Source: Squalus acanthias (lineage: Eukaryota). From it: a stretch of 64,000 bases of DNA. A model generated the notes under the pieces. That model searched no databases. It saw only the letters and a list, made by a program, of their open reading frames with translations, and had not been told where the DNA came from. The stretch is taken from the NCBI GenBank assembly GCA_030390025.1, contig JASTWF010000034.1, positions 4,588,001 through 4,652,000 on the forward strand, read 5' to 3'. This document shows, piece after piece, positions 26,301-38,332 of the stretch. Both the position numbers and the translations under genes were made by a program. The first letter of the stretch is position 1, and each line of letters opens with the position of its first letter.

Positions 26301-29042
26301 ACAGATGCAAAATATTCATTTAAAACCTCACCTTCATCTTCCGGCTCTACACACAGATTGCCACTTTGGTCCCTAATGGGAGCTACTCTTTCCCTGGTTA
26401 TCCTCTTGCTCTTAATATACTTATAAAACACCTTGGGTTTTCCTTTATTTTGCCCGCCAGTGTTTTTTCATGTCCCCTCCTCGCTGTCCTAATTTTTTTT
26501 AAGTACCCCCCTGCACTTTCTATACTTCTCTGGGGCTTCCACTGTTTTTATTCCTTTGTATCTGCCAAAAGCCTCCTTTTTTTCCGAATTCATTCTTGTA
26601 TATCCTTTGATATCCAGGGTTCCCAGGACTTGTTGGTCGCACCCTTGACCTTTACGGGAACATGTTGGCGCTTTACACTCTCTATTTCCTTTCTGAATGA
26701 CTGCCACTGCTCTGATGTGGATTTTCCTACAAGTTGCTGATCCCAGTCCATTTTGGCCAGATCCTGCCTTATCATATTTTAATCGTCCTTCCCCCAATTT
26801 AGAACCTTTATTTCCGTTCAATCTTTGTCCTTTTCCATGACTACCTTAAATCTCACCGAATTATGGTCACCGTCACCCAAATGCTCTCCTACTGACGCTT
26901 CTACCACTATCCCGGCTTAGTCCCGAGAATTGGACCAGTACCGCCCCCTCTCTTGTAGGACTTTCTACATGCTCGCTCAAAAAGCTCTCCTGGATGCACA
27001 TTAAGGATTCCACAACCTCTAAACCTTTCACACTCTGACTATCCCAGTTAATCTTGGGGAAGTTGAAATCCCCTACAATTATTACCCTATTATTTCTACA
27101 CATACATAGATACATAGAAGATAGGAGCAGGAGTAGGCCATCTGGCCCTTCGAGACTGCTCCGCCATTTAATGAGATCATGGCTGATCCTCCAATTCAGT
27201 ATCCCGTCCCCGCCTTCTCTCCGTAACCCTTAACCCCTTTTGCCTGTAGAAATATATCTAATTCCCTCTTAAATATATTTAATGAGCTGGCGTACACTGC
27301 CCTCTGTGGCAATGAGTTCCACAGGTTCACCACCCTCTGAGTGAAGAAATTCCCCCTCATTTCTGTCCTAAATGGTTTAGCCCTTATCCTTAAATTATGT
27401 CCTCTAGTTCTGTTCTCACCCGCCAAGGGAAACATTCCTTCTGCATCTAGTCTGTCTAGACCTGTCAGAATTTTATACACTTCTATGAGGTCCCCTCTCA
27501 ATCTTCTAAACTCCAGTGTGTACATCCCTAAACTACATAGTCTCTCCTCATAGGTCAATCCCGCCATTCCTGGTATCAGCCTGGTGAATCGCCGCTGCAC
27601 CCCCTCCATGGCAAGAACATCTTTCCTCAGATGAGGCGACCAAAACTGTACACAGTACTCTGAGATTTGCCTACATATCTGTTCCTCTATCTCCCCCTGA
27701 CTGTTTTGGGTATAGAGTACACTCCCAGCAGAGTGCTTGCTCCCTTTTTGATTTTCGGTTCTATCCTTCGAGGAACCTGCTCAGATATCATCCCTCCTTA
27801 CTGCAGGAATTGACTCCTTGATTAATATTGGGACACCCCCTTCTCTTTTACAACCCCTCTGTCTCGCCTGAAGATTCTATACCCCAGAATATTGAGCTGC
27901 CAGTCCTGCCCCTCCCTCAACCATGTATCTGTGATAGCAACAATATCATACTCACATGTGTTCATCAACACCTTCAATTTATCTGCCTTACTCGTAAGAC
28001 ACCTTGCATTAAAATAAATGCCCAGCAGGCTTGCCATACTCCCTTGTGCAGTTACATATTTGCTCTGACTTCCAGACTGATTTGTTCTTTTCTCTATATT
28101 TGGCTGTGCATCACCCCCTACTATAGCTCCATTCCGTATCCCATCCCCCTGCCAAGTTAGTTTAACCCCCGCCAACAGCACTAGCAAACCTCCCCACAAG
28201 GATGTTGGTCCCTTTCCGGTTCAGGTGCAACCCGTCCGACTTGTACAGGTCCCACCTTCCCCAGAAGCAGACCCAGTGATCCAGGAAACTAAAGCCCTCC
28301 CTCCTGCACCAAATCTTTAGCCACGACTTCATCTGCTCTGTCCTCTTATTCATATACTCACTGGCACGTGGCACCGGGAGTAATCCAGAGATTACAACCT
28401 TTGAGGTCCTGCTTTTTAATCTGCTCCCTAACTCCCTAAATTCTTGTTGCAGGACCTCATCCCTCTTTCTACCTATATCGTTGGTGCCAATGTGAACCAC
28501 GACCTCTGCCTGATCACCCTCCCCCTTCAGAATGCCCAGCAGCCGTTCAGTGACATCCTTCACCCTGGCACCAGGGAGGCAACATACCATCCTGGAGTCA
28601 CCAGGATGTGCCTAGAATAGTTGAAGAGACGTTACTGTGTGCAGCCATGTGTTTGGCAGATATGTCTCCCCTAGTTGAATAGCAATTAATGTGTGCAAGG
28701 TGTGGGATGTGCATGTGTGTTTTATGCAATGGCCATAGGTTTGGATGAGTGTTGGGCACTTGGGTTTGTAAACCCTCTGGGCACAGAGTGAAGTTGAGAT
28801 AGAGGAATGTAGAGGTATTAAAACCCGAGTGAGGTCAATGAACTTCTTCCGACATTGGGTGTGGGTCCTCGGCACCAGGCCCCTCGGGGAGATGTGCTGA
28901 GCCACCTCCCTCCATATCCTTCTAAACTCCCGGGGCAAAGGCCTCCTGCCACTCAGGGAACAACACTGCCCATCGCCGTTCCACAGCGCCAACTAGAGCC
29001 ATCGTCACTGAAGCGCCCAGCTCTTTCTCTGGGCCTCTCCAT
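23340..29042 (-). pseudogene. Harbinger-associated Myb/SANT-like (NAIF1/MSANTD-type) gene, 3 exons (~28825-29042, ~24396-24557, ~23340-24240), disrupted
   Basis: MERPRERAGRFSDD...RRIWREVAQHISPRGLVPRTHTQCRKKFIDLTR; exon 2 AKFSHNRR*...LEDRV with ttcttgcAG acceptor and GTatgt donor; exon 3 acceptor ctttcAG; frameshifts and stops. Confidence 0.75.
24613..28600 (-). mobile_element. CR1 LINE (ORF1 esterase part, ORF2 APE+RT), 5'-truncated and disrupted; contains a nested CR1 3' piece at ~27103-27658
   Basis: VCCLPGA, HIGTND and DGLHLN (ORF1); GDFNFP; SGVPQGSVLGP; FADDTK; (ctatga)-type tail; flanked by a 26-bp direct repeat. Confidence 0.93.
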
Positions 29043-29076
29043 TACTTAGAATTAATAACTGGACATAGATCCTTAC

Positions 29077-29167
29077 TAGAAGCGCCAACAGCAGTGAGGA
29101 GGGGATAGTAGATATTTTGTATATCATAACATATTCCTAATATCCTAAGCACTTCTCCCCAATCCAT
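29077..29167 (-). CDS. GPCR first coding exon '1a' (MDWGEVLRILGICYDIQNIYYPLLTAVGAS+1 nt)
   Basis: ATG at 29167; IYYPLLxAVG TM1 half; phase-1 donor A|GTAAGG at 29076 joins 15806 in frame (…AVGAS-I-NLVTIVIL). Confidence 0.75.
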
Positions 29168-29244
29168 GCCTTCCCTTCTGTGAGTGTCTGGTGGTCTTTG
29201 TGCTGGGGGCAGCGCGCTGACTGTGTGAGGTGACACAGTGAAGG

Positions 29245-29345
29245 GAGCTCCTTATTTAGAGCAGAGGGAAATCCCCGAGTGACATCATTAGGCCTCACTG
29301 TAACTGGCATTAATTACAGTCATTGAACAAACAGACTCATTGAAC
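29245..29345 (-). promoter_or_regulatory. Putative promoter of exon 1a: TATA-like TAAATAA (29252-29258) plus conserved cattaattacagtca-tgaacaaacag module
   Basis: Homologous, with identical 59-bp spacing, to 45741-45830 upstream of exon 1b. Confidence 0.55.
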
Positions 29346-29446
29346 CATTGTCACCACAGCACTTTACTGCAACACAATCTGGCTCACCTTATTGTACACA
29401 GTTTTAAATTAAAAGTGAGCGAATACGCAATATTTCATCTGCCCAT

Positions 29447-29605
29447 AAACATAAGAATATAAGGATTAGGAGCAGGAGTTGGCAATACGGCCCTTCGAGC
29501 CCTTCATTGAATAAGATTATGGCTGATCTTCGACCTCAAATCCACATTCCCCGCACACCCACCCCATCCTCATATCCGTTGATTCCTGTAGAGTCCAAAA
29601 ATACC
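29447..29605 (-). mobile_element. CR1 3' stub
   Basis: acataagaa...aggagcaggag...ggctgatct pattern, the reverse complement of the CR1 tail. Confidence 0.7.
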
Positions 29606-29702
29606 GAGGACTGAACAGAGAGAAGGGAGTTTCTCTTCCTGTATTGATCTAAAACTGAGAACCAAAGAAGAGGAAGTGAGAGAAATAAGAAGGAATAATG
29701 TG

Positions 29703-30166
29703 TTAGCTGTGGCTCCGTGGGTAGCACACTCGCTTCTGACTCAGATGCTTTGGGTTTTAGTCCCACTCCAGGAACTTGGAGCCCATAAATCTAGGCTAAC
29801 ACTCCAGTGCAGTGGTGAGGGAGTGCTGCACTGTCGGAGGTGCCGTCTTTCGAATGAGATGTTAAACCAAGGCCCTGTCTGCGCTCTCAGGTGGACGTAA
29901 AAGATCCCATGGCCTTATTTTGAAGAGGAGCTGGGGAGTTATCCCCGGTGTCATGGCCAATGTTTATCCAAAGATCAATATAACAGAAACAGATTATCTG
30001 GTCATTATCACATTGCCTTTTGTGGGAGCTTGCTGTGCACTAATTGGCTGCCGTGTTTTCCACAATACAACAGTGACTTCACTTCCGAAAGTACTTCATT
30101 GGCTGTAAAGCGTTTTGAGATGTCCGGTGGTCGTGAAAGGTGCTATATAAATGCAAGTCTTTCTGT
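29703..30166 (+). mobile_element. Deu-domain SINE (SacSINE1/AmnSINE1-like), full length
   Basis: tRNA-like head; body gatgttaaacc-aggccc-gtctg...gtaaaagatcccatgg...acagattatctggtcattatcacattg; tail tatataaatgcaagtctttc; recognised from memory of the Deu consensus. Confidence 0.8.
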
Positions 30167-32494
30167 CTTAAAAGATAAAATCATAGAATGGTTACAACGC
30201 AGAAGTAGGCCATTCGGCCCGTCGAGCCCGTGCCAGCTCTCTGCAAGAGCACTTCAGCAAGTCCCACTCCCACGCGCTTGCCCCGAAGCAGTGCAATTTT
30301 TTTTCCTTCAGGTACTTATCCAATTCCCTTTTGAAAGCCACAACTGAATCTGCCTCCTCCACCCTTTGAGGCAGTGCATTCCAGATCCTAACCACTCGCT
30401 GCGTAAAAAAGTTTTTTCTCATGTCCCCTTTGGTTATTCTGCCAATCACCATAAATCTGTGTCCTCTGATTCGTGACATTTCCACCAATGGGAACAGTTT
30501 TTCTCTATCTACTCTGTCCAGAACACTCATGATTTTGAACACACTGTCTCATTTCCTCTCAACCTTTTCTGCTCTAAGGATAACAACTCCAGCTTCTCCA
30601 GTCTATCCACGTAACTGAAGTCCCTAATCACTGGAATCATTCTTGTAAATCCTTTCTGCACCCGCTCTAATCATTCAAATCCTTCCTAAAGTGCGGTGCC
30701 CAGAATTGGACACAATACTCCAGTTGAGGCCAAACCAATGTTTTATACAGGTTCATCATAACTTCCTTGTTTCTACACTCTGTGCCTCTATTTATGAAGC
30801 CCAGGATCCCGTATGCTTTTTTAACCACCTTTTCAACCTGCCCTGCAACCTTCAACGATTTGTTTCTCTGTTCATGCACCACTTTTAGAATTGTACCCTT
30901 TAGTTTATATTGTCTCTCCTCATTCTTCATACCAAATTGTATCATTTCACACTTTTCTGCATTAAATTTCATCTGCCACGTGTCCGCCCATTTCACCAGC
31001 ATCTCTCTGTCCTCTTCAAGTCTATCACTATCCTTCTCACTGTTCACTATACTTCCAAGTTTTGTGTCATCTGCAAATTTTGAAATTGTGCCATTTACCC
31101 TCAAGTCCAAGTCATTAAAAAATATCAAAAAAAGCAGTGGTCCTAGTACCGACCCCTGGGGAACACCACTGTGTACCTTCCTCCAATCCAGAAAACAACC
31201 GTTCACCACTACTCTCAGTTTCCTGTCACTTAACCAATTTCTTATCCATGCTGCACTGTCCCTTTTATTCTATGGGCTTCAACTTTGCTGGCAAGCCTAT
31301 TATATGGGACTTTATCAACGTCTTTTTGAAATCCATGTCAACCGCATTCCGCTCATCAACCCTCTCTGTTAAATGATCAGAAAACACGTCAAGTTAGTTA
31401 AACACGATTGTCTTTGACAAATCCGTGCTGGATTTCCTTAATTAATCCACACTTGTAAAAGTGACTGTTAATTTTGTCCCGGATAATCGTTTCTAAAAGC
31501 TTCCCAACCACCAAGGTTAAACTGACTGCTCTGTATTTTCTGGGTTTATCCTTACACCCGTATTTGAACAAGGGTGTAACATTTGCAATTCTCCAGTCTT
31601 CTATCTAAGGAGGATTGGAAGATTATGGCCAGTACCTCTGCAATTTCCCACCTTCCCTTAGCATCCTAGGATGCATCCCATCCGCTCCTGGTGACTTATC
31701 TACTTTAAGTACAGCCAGCCTTTCTAGTACCTCGTCTTATCAATTTTTAGCCCATCCAGTATCTCAACTACCTCCTCTTTCACTATGACTTTGGCAGCAG
31801 TTTCTTCCTTGGTAAAAACAGATGCAAAGAATTCATTTAGTATCTCAGCCATGCCCTCTGCCTCCATTCGTAGTTCTCCTTTTTGGTCCTTAATCAGCCG
31901 CACCCCACCTCTTCATACCCGTTTACTATTTATATGCCTTTAGAAGACTTTTGGATCCAAGTTTTTGTTTGCTGCCAATCTATTCTAATACACTCTCTTT
32001 GCCCCTCTTATTACCTTTTACACTTTCTGTCTCAATTTTCTATATTCAGCCTTGTTCTCACTTGAATTCTGAACTTGATATCTGTCATAAGCCCACTTTT
32101 CCTGCTTCCTCTTACTCACTATCTCTTTTGTTATCCAGGGAGCTCTGGCCTTTTCTTGCGCTACCCAACCCACTCGTGGAAATGTACCTCAATTGCACCC
32201 AAATCATCTCTTCTTTAAAGGCAGCCCATTGTTCAATGACAGTTTTGCCTGCCAATCTTTGATTTCTTTTACCCAAGCCAGCTCCGTTCTCAACTCACTG
32301 AAATTGGCCCTCCCCCAATGAAGTATTTTACTATAGATTGCTCCTTGTCCTTTTCCATAGCTAATCTAAACATTATGATACTATGATCAATATTCCCTAA
32401 ATGTTCCTTTACTGACACTTGCTGCACTTAACCTACCTCATTTCCGAGAACCAGATCCAGCAATGCCTCCTTCCTCTTTGGGCCAGAAATGCAC

Positions 32495-33318
32495 CAACCT
32501 GGACGACGTTCAGGATTGGGCTGGTAAGTGGCAGGTAACATTCGCACCACAGACGTGCCAGGCATTACTATGTGCAACAGGCGAGAGTCTAAGCACCTCC
32601 CCTTGACATTCAACAGAATTACCATCGACGAATCCTCCACCATCAATAACCTGGGAGTCACCATTGGCCAGAACCTTAATTGGACCAGACACATAAATAC
32701 TGTGGCAACAAGAGTAGGTCCGAGGCTAGGTATTCTGCAGCGAGTGTCTCACCTCCTGACTCCCCAAAGCCTTTCCACCATCTACAAGGCACAAGTCAGG
32801 AGTGTGATGAAATACACTCCACTTGCCTGGATGAGTGCAGCTCCAACAACACTCAAGAAGCTCGACACCATCCAGGACAAAGCATCCTCCTTGATTGGCA
32901 CACCATTCACTGCCTTAAACATTCACTCCCTCCACCACCGGCGTACCGTGGCTGCAGTGTTTACCATCTACAAGATGCACTGAAGCAACTCACCAAGGCT
33001 TCTTCGGCAACACCTCTCAAACCCGCGACCTCTTCCACCTAGAAGGACAAGGGCAGCAGGTGTATGGGAACACCACCACCTCCAAGTTCCTCTCCAAGTC
33101 ACACACCATCCTGATTCAGAAGTATATCACCGATCCTTCATCGTCACTGGGTCAAAATCCTGGAACTCCCTATCTAACAGCACTGTGGGAGTACCTTCAC
33201 CACATGGACTGCAGCGGTTGAGGAAGGCGGCGCACCACCACCTTCTCAAGGGCTGTTAGGGATGGACAATAAATGCTGGCCTCGCCAGCGACGCCCACAT
33301 TCCAGAAACAAAAAAAAA
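32495..33318 (+). mobile_element. Family-B non-LTR retrotransposon 3' part (CR1-group RT C-terminus) nested in CR1
   Basis: LGVTI...LNWTRHI...STIYKAQVRSVMxYxPLAW; ends in an A-rich tail. Confidence 0.85.
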
Positions 33319-33837
33319 GTTCTCTTGAACTCATTTCAGAAATTCTTCTCCCTCTCTGTCCATTATACTATTACAATCTCAGTCAATATTACGATAATTG
33401 AAGTCCCCCATTATTACTACTCTACATTTCTTCCACCTCTCTAATTTCCCTGCAGATTTGCTCCTCTATATCCTTCCCACTAGTTGGTGGCCTATAGAAT
33501 ACACCTAGTAGTGTAATGGAACCTCTATTGATTCTTAATTCTAACCAAATAGATTCTGACCTTGACCCCTCCAAGACATCCTCTCTCTCCAGCACTGTGA
33601 TATTCTCCTTAATCAATACTGCCACCCCAACTCCTTTCTTTCCTTCCACTATCTTAACCGAACATCTTATATCTAGGAATATTTAGTACCCACTCCTGCC
33701 CTTTTTAGAACCAGGTCTCTGTTATCGCCTCAACATAATTTTCCTATGTGGCTATTTGCGCCTGCAGCTCACCCACCTTATTTACCACGCTTCGTGCGTT
33801 TACACACATACACTGTAAACGTTTCTCCGACCTTACA

Positions 33838-34521
33838 ATAGCAAAATACTGCGGATGCTGGAAATCTGAAACAACAACAGAAAATGCTGGACACACCCAA
33901 CAGGTCAGGCAGCATCCGTGGAGAGAGAAACAGTGTTAACGTTTCAGGTCTGTGACCCTTCGTCAGAACTGGTAAAGTTAGAGATGTAACAGGTTATAAG
34001 CAGGTGTCGGGGCAGGGAAATGTCGGAGGGGAGGAAATAACAAAAGAGATGGTCTGTGATAGGGTGGAAGGCAGGAGTGGTTAAATGTTGCTAATGGGAA
34101 TGGCAGAATCATCAACAGCTGCCGCCTGAAAAAATGGGGGCCGAGGTTATGGTCTGAAATTGTTGAACTCAGTGTTGAGTCCAGAAGGCTGTAAAGTGCC
34201 TAATAGAAAGATGAGGTGTTGTTCCTCGAGCTGACGTTGTAAGAGGCCGAGGACAGAGAGGTCAGGGCGGCAGCTGTTGATGATTCTGCCATTCCCATTG
34301 GCAACAATTAACCACTCCTGCCTTCCACCCTATCACAGACCATCCCTTTTGTTATTTCCTCCCCTCTGCCCCCTTTCCCTGCCCCTGCAACTGCTTATAA
34401 CCTGTTCCATCTCTAACTTTTTCCAGTTCTGATGAAGGGTCACAGACCTGAAACGTTACCTCTGTTTCTCTCTCCACGAATGCTGCCTGACCTGCTGAGT
34501 GTTTCCAGCATTTTCTGTTTC
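33838..34521. mobile_element. Penelope-like element remnant in inverted configuration (~260-bp arms), each arm with a minimal hammerhead core
   Basis: 33873-34128 is the reverse complement of 34262-34521; CTGA(T/C)GA-A-gggtc-aca-gacct-GAAAC-GTTA at 34429-34458 (+) and ~33936-33966 (-). Confidence 0.8.
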
Positions 34522-35932
34522 TATCTTAGACCTTCTTGGATTCTCCGTTAGTCTGAACCCACATAGTACCGTACTATTTCAGGCTCTACTGCTATCTGTC
34601 TCTCCCTATCTTTTGTGAACCTTGTTTCTCCTTTCTAATGCCACATCCTGGTGGCCCATCCCCCTGCAGATTAGATTAAATGCTCCCCAACAGCACGAGC
34701 AACCACCCCCGCCCGCACCTCGTGAGTGTATTCGTTCCGGCTATGGTCAGGTGCAACCCGACCGGCCTTTTCAGGTCCCACCTCCCCCAGAACCGGCCCC
34801 AATGTCCCAGGAATCTAAAGCCCTCCCTCCTGCACCATATCTCCAGCCACACATTTAATTGCTCTATCCTCCTATTTCTATATTCACTAGCTCGTGGCAC
34901 CTGGAGTAATCTGGAGATTACTACCTTCAAGGTCCTGCTTTATAATCTCTTTCCTAGCTCCCTATTATCTGCCTACAGGATCACATCCCTCTCTCTTCCT
35001 ATGTAGATGATGCCATTATGAACCACGGCTTCAGTCTGTTCACCATCACCCCCTCAGAATGTCCTGCAGCCACTCAGTGACATCCTTGACCCTGGCACCA
35101 GGGAGGCAACATATCATCCTGGAGTCACGTCTGTGGCTGGAGAAACACCTGTCTGTTCCTTTAACTATCGAATCTCCTATCACTATTGATTTCCCGACCT
35201 TCCTGCGCCCCCCAACAGCTCAGCCACCAGTGGTGCCGTGGACTTGGCTCTGGCTGTACTCCTCAGAGGAACCATCGAATACTGGTTCGAGAGTGAGATG
35301 CACTCATGGGACTCCTACAATAAATGTGTGGTTCTCCTTGTTTGTCTGACGGTCACACATTCCGTCTCTGCCTGCACACTCTTATGCTGCGGGGTGACCA
35401 CCTCCCGAAACGTGCTATCCACGGAGCTCTCAGCCTCACGGATGCAACGCAGTGACGCCAGCTGCTGCTCAAGCTCCGAAACCCGTGGGAAGTGTCCTGG
35501 ATGTGCATTCCATGGGACTGAGGTGCCCTGCCAAGTCTCTATTTAATGGACTACCAACTAACTTAACGGAATTAAACTCAAGACTTCAAAAACATCACAA
35601 TAAACATACTATTTTTCTTTGCAGCGTCTTCCCTTGTGCTGATGTCACTTACCGAACTCCCTTCCACTCGCTCCCAGCTCCGGGTTCTCTGGCCTACCTT
35701 TATCTCCGGCCGCTCCTCTCGCTCTCTCCTCCTTCCCCCACTGCTCCTAATTCCCAAGCGTTCCAAATTCACAACCTTAGCACTCTGTTTAGACCACTGA
35801 CAAAATGGATTTCCCCACACTCGTTCTCTGATTTATTCCATACCAGGCCATCAGGATTAAATAAATAATAAATAAATGGTCTTAAATGGCGGGATCTGAG
35901 AGAATATGCCAGTGATGGAACGATGGGACTCG

Positions 35933-36643
35933 ACTAGATTACACTGCTCCCACCTCAGTCCAGGAATTTCATTCCCAGGGCTGCCGAGTTTACACTGCTC
36001 CCGCCTCAATCCAGGAATTTCATTCCCAGGGCAGCCTAGATTACACTGCTCCCACCTCAGTCCAGGAATTTCATTCCCAGGCACAGCCCAGATTACACTG
36101 CTCCCACCTCAGTCCAGGAATTTAATTCCCAGGGCTGCCTAGATTACACTGCTCCCACCTCAGTCCAGGAATTTCATTCCCAGGGCTGCCTAGATTACAA
36201 TGCTCCCGCCTCAATCCAGGAATTTCATTCCCAGGGCTGTCTAGATTACACTGCTCCCACCTCAATCCAGGAATTTCATTCCCAGGGCTGCCTAGATTAC
36301 ACTGCTCCCGCTTCAGTCCAGGAATTTCATTCCCAGGGACAGCCTAGATTACACTGCTCCCACCTCAGTCCAGGAATTTAATTCCCAGGGCTGCCTAGTT
36401 TACACTGCTCCCGCCTCAGTCCAGGAATTTAATTCCCAGGGCTGCCTAGATTACACTGCTCCCGCTTCAGTCCAGGAATTTCATTCCCAGGGACAGCCTA
36501 GATTACACTGCTCCCACCTCAGTCCAGGAATTTCATTCCCAGGGACAGCCTAGATTACACTGCTCCCACCTCAGTCCAGGAATTTCATTCCCAGGGCTGC
36601 CTAGTTTACACTGCTCCTGCCTCAATCCAGGAATTTAATTCTC
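35933..36643. repeat. Minisatellite, 51-bp unit (ctagattacactgctcccacctcagtccaggaatttcattcccagggctgc), ~14 copies
   Basis: Head-to-tail units. Confidence 0.95.
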
Positions 36644-36864
36644 AGTTCATTTCTCTTTTGCCTGAAAATAGAAGAAAAAGAAGAAGAAGAATGACCTCAC
36701 CCAGACAAACATGTCATCGTGTTTGACCGAGGGGAAGAATAATTAAAAGGAGCAAAGGATTAAAACGAAGGATCAAAGGAAAACACTTAAAATATTAACC
36801 AATCAGATAAATACGCTGTAAGCACCTCAATACTCCATGAAACTCAGTGGAGACATTAAATTCC

Positions 36865-37480
36865 CGCATAATCATACTCACAGAACCATACCTGTCAGTC
36901 AACATTCTCAAACCCTCCATCACCATTCCAGGGTCTGCACAGACCCACCAGAGGTGGGGACACAGGGGTATACAATCCGGAGGGAGAAACCCTGTGAGTC
37001 CTGAACATTGCCTGAGGATATAATGAAGTCTGATGGCTTCCAGTCAGACATGGGCAAGGTAACTTCCTGCCGATTACCACCTACCGCCCTCCCTCAGCTG
37101 TTGAATCGGCACATCTTCATGCTGAACACCAGTTGATGGGAGCACCGAGAGCAGAAAGGGCGCAAATTATACTCTGTGTCGGGAGGGGGAAACTTCAATG
37201 TTCATCACCAAGAGTTGCTCGGAAGTACCATCATTAACCGAGCCCTGAAGAACACAGACTGGGATTGCGGCAGGTGGTGGGAGATCCAAGATGAGAGAAA
37301 AGCCTGCTTGACCTCATCCTCACCAATCTATCTATCGCATATACATCTGTCCATGACGATATTGGTAGGACTGACCACCGCTCAATGTGTGTGGAGAATA
37401 AGTCTCGCCTTCACCCTGAGGCCACCCTCCATCATATCATGTGCATCTACCATGGTGATCAATGGAATGAAATTAGAAAA
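36865..37480 (+). mobile_element. Old LINE endonuclease (APE) fragment, probably family B
   Basis: TTYRPPSA, GNFNVHH and LDLILTN-like motifs in broken frames. Confidence 0.6.
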
Positions 37481-37634
37481 TTAGACAGAGTCAAGCGATC
37501 CCAACACATCAAATTATTTCAAAGCTTTCATATCCTGTTGTGAATGGTGATGAACAATAGAGCCGTTGCCCCAGAGCCCTGAAAATTTCTCCTTTTCAAG
37601 TTTGCATCCAATTACCTTTTGGAAATTACAGTTA

Positions 37635-38330
37635 AGAAAGGAAGAAAGAATTGAATTGATACGGCGCTTTTCACGATATTTGGGATGTGCTTTCAAGCCA
37701 ATGACGTCCTTCCTTTTGAAGTGAAGTCACTGTTGTACTGTCGGAAACGTGACAGCCAATTTGAGCACATCAAGCTCCCACAATCAGCAATGTGATAATG
37801 AACAGATAATATGCTTTAGAGATGTTGATTGAGATAAATATTGGCCAGAACACCGGGGTTAACTCTGCTGCTCTTCTTCAATATAATTCCATGGGATCTT
37901 TTACGTCCAACTTATAGAACAGACAGGTTTAACGTCTCATCTGAGACATGGCACCGCTGACAGTGCAGTGCTCCCTCAGTACTGCCCCGCTGACAGTGAT
38001 GCGCTCCCTCAGTACTGCCCCTCTGACAGTGATGCGCTCCCTCAGTACTGCCCCGCTGACAGTGATGCGCTCCCTCAGTACTGCCCCTCTGACAGTGATG
38101 CGCTCCCTCAGTACTGCCCCGCTGACAGTGATGCGCTCCCTGATTACTGCCCCTCTGACAGAGATGCGCTCCCTCAGTACTGCCCCTCTGACAGAGATGA
38201 TCTACCTCAGTACTGCCCCTCTGACAGTGATGTGCTCCCTCAGTACTGCCCCGCTGAAAGAGATGCACTCCGTCAGTACAGCCCCTCCAACAATGCAGCA
38301 CTCCCTCAGTACTGGCTTGAATGCAGTTTG
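37635..38330 (-). mobile_element. Deu-domain SINE with an internal 33-bp tandem expansion (37955-38315, ~11 copies)
   Basis: Reverse complement of the 29703-30166 body; unit gctccctcagtactgccc(c/g)tctgacagtgatgc corresponds to the single-copy segment at ~29805-29845. Confidence 0.8.
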
Positions 38331-38332
38331 TC

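Larger units (their letters stand above)
17481..29042. mobile_element. Decayed PIF/Harbinger DNA transposon (transposase on +, Myb/SANT gene on -, convergent), inflated by a minisatellite and a nested CR1; right end missing
   Basis: The two-gene convergent layout is typical of Harbinger; G-rich probable left terminus at ~17481; no matching right terminus seen. Confidence 0.75.
30178..35485 (-). mobile_element. Near full-length decayed CR1 LINE hosting two nested insertions
   Basis: ORF1 esterase remnants at 34670-35480; APE (GVFYRPP) at 33420-33790; RT (SGVPQGSVLGP, FADDTK) at 30667-31209; 3' tail at 30178. Confidence 0.9.
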
